Below are positions 58,682 through 64,000 of a DNA stretch of 64,000 nt, one piece after another. Both the position numbers and the translations under genes were made by a program. The stretch spans positions 4,450 to 68,449 of the forward strand of contig JAPLZF010000010.1 of the NCBI GenBank assembly GCA_026395175.1, written 5' to 3'. Source of the DNA: Candidatus Staskawiczbacteria bacterium. GTDB taxonomy: Bacteria; Patescibacteriota; Minisyncoccia; Minisyncoccales; Staskawiczbacteraceae. The stretch's first letter is position 1. Each line of letters begins with the position of its first letter. The notes under the pieces were generated by a model. It made no database searches. It had not been told where the DNA came from and worked only from the letters and a program-made list of their open reading frames with translations.

Positions 58682-58753
58682 CTACGAAATTACTAATCAT
58701 TACGAATATACTAATACGTATTCGTAAATTAGTAAAAATTCGTAAATTAGTAG
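58681..58753. repeat. Inverted TACGAAT/TACTAAT repeat pair, no cargo
   Basis: actacgaaattactaat..tacgaatatactaat / attcgtaaattagt..attcgtaaattagt. Confidence 0.75.
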
Positions 58754-58757
58754 TTTT

Positions 58758-60566
58758 ATGGATTTTTTAAATAATCTTTTAGGCAAGAAAAAAGAAGACC
58801 TGACAGAAAAAATTTTTGAGGAGGAGGCTTTTGATGTGCGCGACATTATTGCTCCGCCATACATTGGAGTGACGCAGGACCACATAAAACTTGGAGAAAG
58901 GTTTGCCAAATCCTTCTTTGTTTTTTCTTATCCAAGATATTTAAACACCGGCTGGTTTTCGCCTGTCATAAATTTGAATACTCCAATGGACATTGCTTTT
59001 TTCGTGCATCCTGTGGGAAGCGAATTGATTTTGAAAAAATTAAGAAAAAAAATTACAGAAGTTTCTTCAGAAATTTTGGAAAGGGAAGAAAAAGGACTGA
59101 TTCGCGACCCTGCTCTTGAAACAGCTTATAAAGATATTGAAAGCTTAAGAGACAACTTAATGACCGCCCAAGAAAAAATGTTTCGCCTGGGGCTTTACAT
59201 AACAATTTATGAAACTTCTGAAAAAGAACTGCGCGACACCGAGCTTACGCTAAGGTCAATTTTTGAGTCGCGGTTAATTTACATAAAACCTGCCTTGTTC
59301 AAGCAAAAAGAAGGATTTATTTCCTGCAATCCTTACGGAATGGATTTGATAAATGTCCACACTCCAATGGACACAGCTCCCTTGTCAACTTGTTTTCCTT
59401 TTATTTCGTTTGACCTAAGCTCAAACGAAGGAATTTTATACGGCGTCAACCGACACAACAATTCTTTGGTTTTGTTTGACAGGTTTAGCTTGGAAAACGC
59501 CAATATGGTGGTTTTTGCAAAAGCTGGAGCAGGAAAATCTTACGCCATAAAATTGGAAATTTTAAGATACTTGATGCAGGGAGTTGATTGCATAATTGTG
59601 GACCCGGAAAACGAATACCAAGCTTTGTCAGACGCAGTCGGCGGAGCATTTTTAAAAATTTCTTTGACGAGCCAAAACCATTTGAATCCTTTTGACTTGC
59701 CTTTGCCAGGACCCGATGACAACCCCGAAGATATTTTGCGGTCAAATGTCATAAACTTAGTGGGGCTTTTACGCATTATGCTGGGAGGATTAAGCGCAGA
59801 AGAAGACAGCATTTTAGACGAAGCTCTCACTCAAACTTATGCTGTGCGAGACATTACTCCGCAGTCTGACCCCAAAACATGGCAAAATAATACTCCTTTA
59901 ATGTCAGACTTTCAGGAAATTTTAGAGAGTATGACGGGAACCGAATCTTTGGTTAAAAGAATTGGAAAATTCACCAAAGGAACTTTTGCCGATTTTTTCA
60001 ACCAGCAGTCGAATATTTCCATAGACAAAAGCTTTGTTGTTTTTGGAATAAGAGACATGGAAGATTCATTAAGGCCAATCGCGCTTTACATTATTATGAG
60101 ATATATCTGGAATATTGTCAGGTCAAAATTGAAAAAAAGAATTTTGGTTATTGACGAGGCGTGGTGGCTGATGCAGTCAGACGACGGAGCTTCATTCCTT
60201 TTTGGTTTGGCGAAAAGAGGCAGAAAATATTATTTGGGGCTTACAACAATTACGCAAAATGTGGCTGACTTTATGAGTTCTGAATATGGAAAGGCAATTA
60301 TTACAAACTCGTCTTTGCAATTTTTAATGAAGCAATCTACTGCCGAAATTGAAACCATACAAAAAACTTTCAATTTAACCGAGCAGGAAAAATATCTGCT
60401 GATTGAAGCGTCGGTTGGCGAAGGATTGTTTTTTGCCGGCAGAAAGCACGTTTATCTTTCGGTTGTTGCCAGCCAGACAGAAAACCAAATAATTACAACT
60501 AATCCGCAGGAAGTTCTGCAAAATAGGGAAGCGGCAAAGAAAAAAATAGAGTCTGCCCAAAACTGA
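58758..60566 (+). CDS. virB4: VirB4-like ATPase
   Basis: GILYG.N, DRFSLENAN, Walker A AKAGAGKS, VDPENEY, Walker B LVIDEAW, RKY, TQ. Confidence 0.92.
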   Translation: MDFLNNLLGKKKEDLTEKIFEEEAFDVRDIIAPPYIGVTQDHIKLGERFAKSFFVFSYPRYLNTGWFSPVINLNTPMDIAFFVHPVGSELILKKLRKKITEVSSEILEREEKGLIRDPALETAYKDIESLRDNLMTAQEKMFRLGLYITIYETSEKELRDTELTLRSIFESRLIYIKPALFKQKEGFISCNPYGMDLINVHTPMDTAPLSTCFPFISFDLSSNEGILYGVNRHNNSLVLFDRFSLENANMVVFAKAGAGKSYAIKLEILRYLMQGVDCIIVDPENEYQALSDAVGGAFLKISLTSQNHLNPFDLPLPGPDDNPEDILRSNVINLVGLLRIMLGGLSAEEDSILDEALTQTYAVRDITPQSDPKTWQNNTPLMSDFQEILESMTGTESLVKRIGKFTKGTFADFFNQQSNISIDKSFVVFGIRDMEDSLRPIALYIIMRYIWNIVRSKLKKRILVIDEAWWLMQSDDGASFLFGLAKRGRKYYLGLTTITQNVADFMSSEYGKAIITNSSLQFLMKQSTAEIETIQKTFNLTEQEKYLLIEASVGEGLFFAGRKHVYLSVVASQTENQIITTNPQEVLQNREAAKKKIESAQN

Positions 60567-60596
60567 TATTTCTTGAATACAAAATTTTAAAGAAAG

Positions 60597-63500
60597 ATGG
60601 ATAAAAAAATAAATACCCCTCGGGGCACAAGCAAAACAATTATTTTTTTAGGATTGCTTTTTGCTTTTTTTTTAAAAGCCGGGTTTGTTTTGGCGCTTGA
60701 GATTCATTACCCTGATATTTTAGGACAATCTTTAAACGACACCTCCACTCTTCAGCAATTTGTCTGTTATTTTTTCGGGTTAGGAATGAACCTGGCTTTT
60801 TTTATTGCTGTTATTTCAATAGCTTTCGGCGGAATCAGTTATTTGGTTTCTTATGGAAGAGGAAAATTTACAGACGAAGGCAAAGATTGGATAAAAGCCG
60901 GCGTCACCGGACTTTTGATAATTGTTTGCGCGTCCTTGATTATTTATACAATCAATCCGGCAATAACCACTTGCAAATTAGGAATTTTATCATTGATTCC
61001 TTTTGGTTCTTCAACCAATTCTTCCCTGCCTTCCAACGTAGATGTTACCACCTTCAATGAAATTCCCATTGGAACTTTAACTGAAAATCTTTTGACAAGA
61101 AAAATAGACTGCTATGATTTTGACCAAAATGGAAATCCTATTGACGGAGAAAAAATAGACCAAAATACAAACGGCCCGACATTTTTAGAAAACGACCGGG
61201 CAGATTGCCTTACAAAACTAATTGACGGCGCCCAAAAAAAAGCTCAGGTAGTTGATGCATTGTCAGCCAAGATAACAAAATTAATGAACACCTGTTCTTG
61301 CTCCGGCACCGATCCTTCTACGGGCTTAAACAAATGTAAATCTGTTTGCGACCAAACAACAGGATGTTATGTTTCTAATGGCGTTGGGTGTCCGGCGGGC
61401 AATTTATTAAATCCTGGCTACAAATCTTCTGATAATTGCAGCGGAGCCTGCAAACCAGATACGTCAAACTGCAATACTAATCCATCAGCTCCTTTAAACG
61501 GAGCATGCCAAGTAGTGTCTGCTAATGGCACGCCAGATTGCTGTCCGAAAGATGCCGGGCTGAAAGATGAAGATGGTAACCCGCTCAAAGACCCAAGCGG
61601 AAAAATAATATCAGTAAAATATCAGATTGAGCATGGACCTGCGGGCATAGCTGTGGCTTGCAATGATGTTTCAGGCAATTCAAGAGCTGTCACTTACGAC
61701 CCACAAGGAAGCTGGGCAAGCGGAACAGCTAAAACAGTCAAATGGAATAAGTCATCTTTTAATTCCAGCGGAGTGCCGGGAGCAACAGATGCAAAAATTG
61801 AAATTTGGCTTTGCGCAAAATCTGAAATAAGCTTTACTCCGAATATCTCTGTGGCTTTAGCGGCAAACAAATATTGCAGTGTCCGACTGAATGATGGCGC
61901 CATTCCTGCATTTGACAACAAAGGGAACGCTTCTGTTAATTTTCCAGACGGCACAGCTCCCGGCGCATATTATTTTTATGTCAGACAAGTCAACAATTGG
62001 GACAACAAATATTCGGGAAATGCTTTCAGCGACGCAGTAGTAATAGGAAATATAACCGCTGGTCCGACCGTTATAACTTATGAACCGCCGGGGGATTGGC
62101 TTAAAGGAAAAACTAAAACAGTGAAATGGGATAACACAAAATTTGATTCTAATATAGAAATCTGGCTTTGCACCCAATCCGATACAAGTGTTATTCCACA
62201 CATAGCCATTGATAAGGCAGCTAAAAATTATTGCCACGTAAGGCTGGCATATAATAAGCCCAACACAGGCGACTATCAAGTTAATTTTCCAGATACGGTT
62301 GGACCGGGTATTTATTATTTTTATGTTAAAAAAGTTGATGATAATGAAAACACTTTTTCTGGCAATAATTTCAGCGGTCCGGTAACGGTACAAGGATTAT
62401 ACAATGGATTGGATGAATTCAGATGCCCCAACCCAATCAAAGGAGACGAGGATGCAAGTAATCTATGCGACGGCAGAATTATAAAAGATTTTGTTGAAAC
62501 AACGACTCATATAAACAACAAAACAATTACTTTAATCAACCAAGAAAATTGGAAAAAATTAAATCTGCTCCAGCAAGAAAAATACTTTAAAGAAAAAATA
62601 GCCAGCTGGAAAGATGACAGCAAAATTCAAGATGATATAAACTTGCTAAACAGGGCAAGCTCTGCGCTGGGAAAATGCTATTTGGCAATACCTTATGTCG
62701 ACCTTTTGAAAACTTACGAAAGCACAAACCAGCAAAATCATATTATTCTTAAAGACCCGGAAACATTTTCCGACCCTGTAACCAACAGCCCTGTAGAAGT
62801 GGCAAATTACTGCCAAGGATTCAATTACAACAATTCCAGCTGTTTGAAAAAATGCAATAATATGTGCCCGGACACAAGCCAAGAGGCAATGCAATGCTAC
62901 AAAACTTGCGGAACCTGCGACGGAGGCAACCCCGAGTGTTTGGCAAGCCAGCAACAATGCGTTGAAAATTGCAGCAATTCAAAGCCTTGCGCATTGGGAT
63001 ATCCCGAAGTTAGCTGCAACAATGACACAGAATGCCCTTTTTCAGAAAAGTGCGATACTTTCACCAATAAGTGTACAGGCATTGACGACAAAAATTTTGG
63101 AAACTGCATGACTTCCTGCCAAAAAGACTGCTCAAATAATTGCGCCAAAGAATATTCTCCATGTTCTGATTCCGACCAATATAAATTATGCCAAAACCAA
63201 TGTAAAGATAACGGGCAATGCGTTTTGGACAACCCGGGCAAATGCTTGTTTGGCGCGGAAAATTTTGTAAATTGCGCCAACCAAATTACCGACCAAGGCA
63301 ACGCAAACTTTTGCATCAGCAATGCTTATTTATGCAAGAACGGCTCTGACAATTATGCAGGCAACAAAGATTTAAACATATCTGCCTCGTCAAATTGCCC
63401 GAAATGTCCGTGCGCAACCGGATCTCAATGCAATGAAAATTCACATAACGACGACCCACTGACTTTTTACTGCCAGGACAATTGGTGGACCGACCAAAGC

Positions 63501-64000
63501 AGAGAAGGTTTGAGCCAGACTCCAATAGGGACAGACAGGGTTATAGAGTTGAAAAAAGAAGGAGAGGTGCCGGTGGGACAGACAGTTGATAATGCTATAA
63601 AATGGGCAAAACAGCTGATAGAAAATGCCGACACAATAAACAAAAACACGCAAAAAATAATTGATAAAATGATGCAAATAGGAACTGCGAAAGATGCAAC
63701 TTTAATAAAAAATTATTGCAAATGCAATGCTAAATTTGATTCAAGCCATTCTATCCGTCCTTGCGGACCGATTTGCATAACCAACTGTTCTTATTGGGAA
63801 GCCATAACAATAGACGGATGTTTCAATGGATGCAGTTTTGTGGACTGCCAAGGAAATCCATGCGGACAAATTATAGATTATTTGGCAGAACTTTCTGGCG
63901 ACAGCAGGCAATTTAAAACTGATTTTTTAAGTTTTAATTCGGCTATGCTTGCAGAGCCAAGAAGTGATATTATAAACGAATTAGCCTATTCCAGAAAAAC
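60597..64000 (+). CDS. Giant Cys-rich protein with N-terminal VirB2-like pilin segment (runs off window end)
   Basis: Manual translation: MDKKINTPRGTSK-signal-ALEIHYP...IAFGGISYLVSYG....GKDWIKAGVTGLLII...LIIYTINP followed by Cys-rich regions. The ORF track lists no closed + strand ORF here, consistent with a frame open to the window end. Confidence 0.85.
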   Translation, partial: MDKKINTPRGTSKTIIFLGLLFAFFLKAGFVLALEIHYPDILGQSLNDTSTLQQFVCYFFGLGMNLAFFIAVISIAFGGISYLVSYGRGKFTDEGKDWIKAGVTGLLIIVCASLIIYTINPAITTCKLGILSLIPFGSSTNSSLPSNVDVTTFNEIPIGTLTENLLTRKIDCYDFDQNGNPIDGEKIDQNTNGPTFLENDRADCLTKLIDGAQKKAQVVDALSAKITKLMNTCSCSGTDPSTGLNKCKSVCDQTTGCYVSNGVGCPAGNLLNPGYKSSDNCSGACKPDTSNCNTNPSAPLNGACQVVSANGTPDCCPKDAGLKDEDGNPLKDPSGKIISVKYQIEHGPAGIAVACNDVSGNSRAVTYDPQGSWASGTAKTVKWNKSSFNSSGVPGATDAKIEIWLCAKSEISFTPNISVALAANKYCSVRLNDGAIPAFDNKGNASVNFPDGTAPGAYYFYVRQVNNWDNKYSGNAFSDAVVIGNITAGPTVITYEPPGDWLKGKTKTVKWDNTKFDSNIEIWLCTQSDTSVIPHIAIDKAAKNYCHVRLAYNKPNTGDYQVNFPDTVGPGIYYFYVKKVDDNENTFSGNNFSGPVTVQGLYNGLDEFRCPNPIKGDEDASNLCDGRIIKDFVETTTHINNKTITLINQENWKKLNLLQQEKYFKEKIASWKDDSKIQDDINLLNRASSALGKCYLAIPYVDLLKTYESTNQQNHIILKDPETFSDPVTNSPVEVANYCQGFNYNNSSCLKKCNNMCPDTSQEAMQCYKTCGTCDGGNPECLASQQQCVENCSNSKPCALGYPEVSCNNDTECPFSEKCDTFTNKCTGIDDKNFGNCMTSCQKDCSNNCAKEYSPCSDSDQYKLCQNQCKDNGQCVLDNPGKCLFGAENFVNCANQITDQGNANFCISNAYLCKNGSDNYAGNKDLNISASSNCPKCPCATGSQCNENSHNDDPLTFYCQDNWWTDQSREGLSQTPIGTDRVIELKKEGEVPVGQTVDNAIKWAKQLIENADTINKNTQKIIDKMMQIGTAKDATLIKNYCKCNAKFDSSHSIRPCGPICITNCSYWEAITIDGCFNGCSFVDCQGNPCGQIIDYLAELSGDSRQFKTDFLSFNSAMLAEPRSDIINELAYSRK

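Noticed and set aside
1090..63677. Numerous antisense/overlapping ORFs in the track (e.g. 2993-3757, 10828-11493, 24153-24713, 37894-38412, 61857-62393)
   Set aside because: They lie opposite well-supported genes or across tRNAs and show no motifs; treated as shadow ORFs.
1..64000. CRISPR array or cas genes
   Set aside because: No regularly spaced 23-47 bp direct repeats with unique spacers and no cas motifs were seen.
1..64000. Alternative genetic code (UGA read as Gly/Trp)
   Set aside because: Conserved genes are full length under code 11 and TGA terminates virB4, comM and others at expected ends.

Overview
AT-rich chromosomal fragment using the standard genetic code (TGA serves as stop, e.g. 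in virB4). Gene content strongly suggests a Patescibacteria/CPR (Parcubacteria-like) bacterium, which is an inference: Shine-Dalgarno-less core genes, VirB2-type pilins, a PrgI/VirB4/VirB6-like locus, rpsO-NYN-pnp synteny and many Cys-rich surface proteins. The window holds housekeeping genes (rny, clpP, tig, hppA, nusA, yraN-comM-dprA, nagB, cca, rpsO, pnp, rsmA), 10 tRNAs, a PAS/SBP/histidine-kinase/receiver operon, two toxin-antitoxin modules and the start of a T4SS-like locus ending in a giant pilin-fusion ORF. Most notable non-standard signals: (1) three visibly GC-richer minus-strand cassettes sharing one architecture (sigma70 promoter, leader hairpin plus boxA-like motif, SD, membrane/secreted ORFan, double hairpin); (2) short palindromic elements (CCTGAG..CGAAGG and relatives) inserted in-frame into conserved genes; (3) an HTH + LAGLIDADG-like ORF between two tRNAs whose stop lies inside tRNA-Gly; (4) an MNT-HEPN module that duplicated and replaced the 3' end of rsmA; (5) inverted heptamer-repeat arrays with and without four-helix-bundle cargo; (6) tRNAs lacking U55. 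All calls were made by eye, with no database searches.
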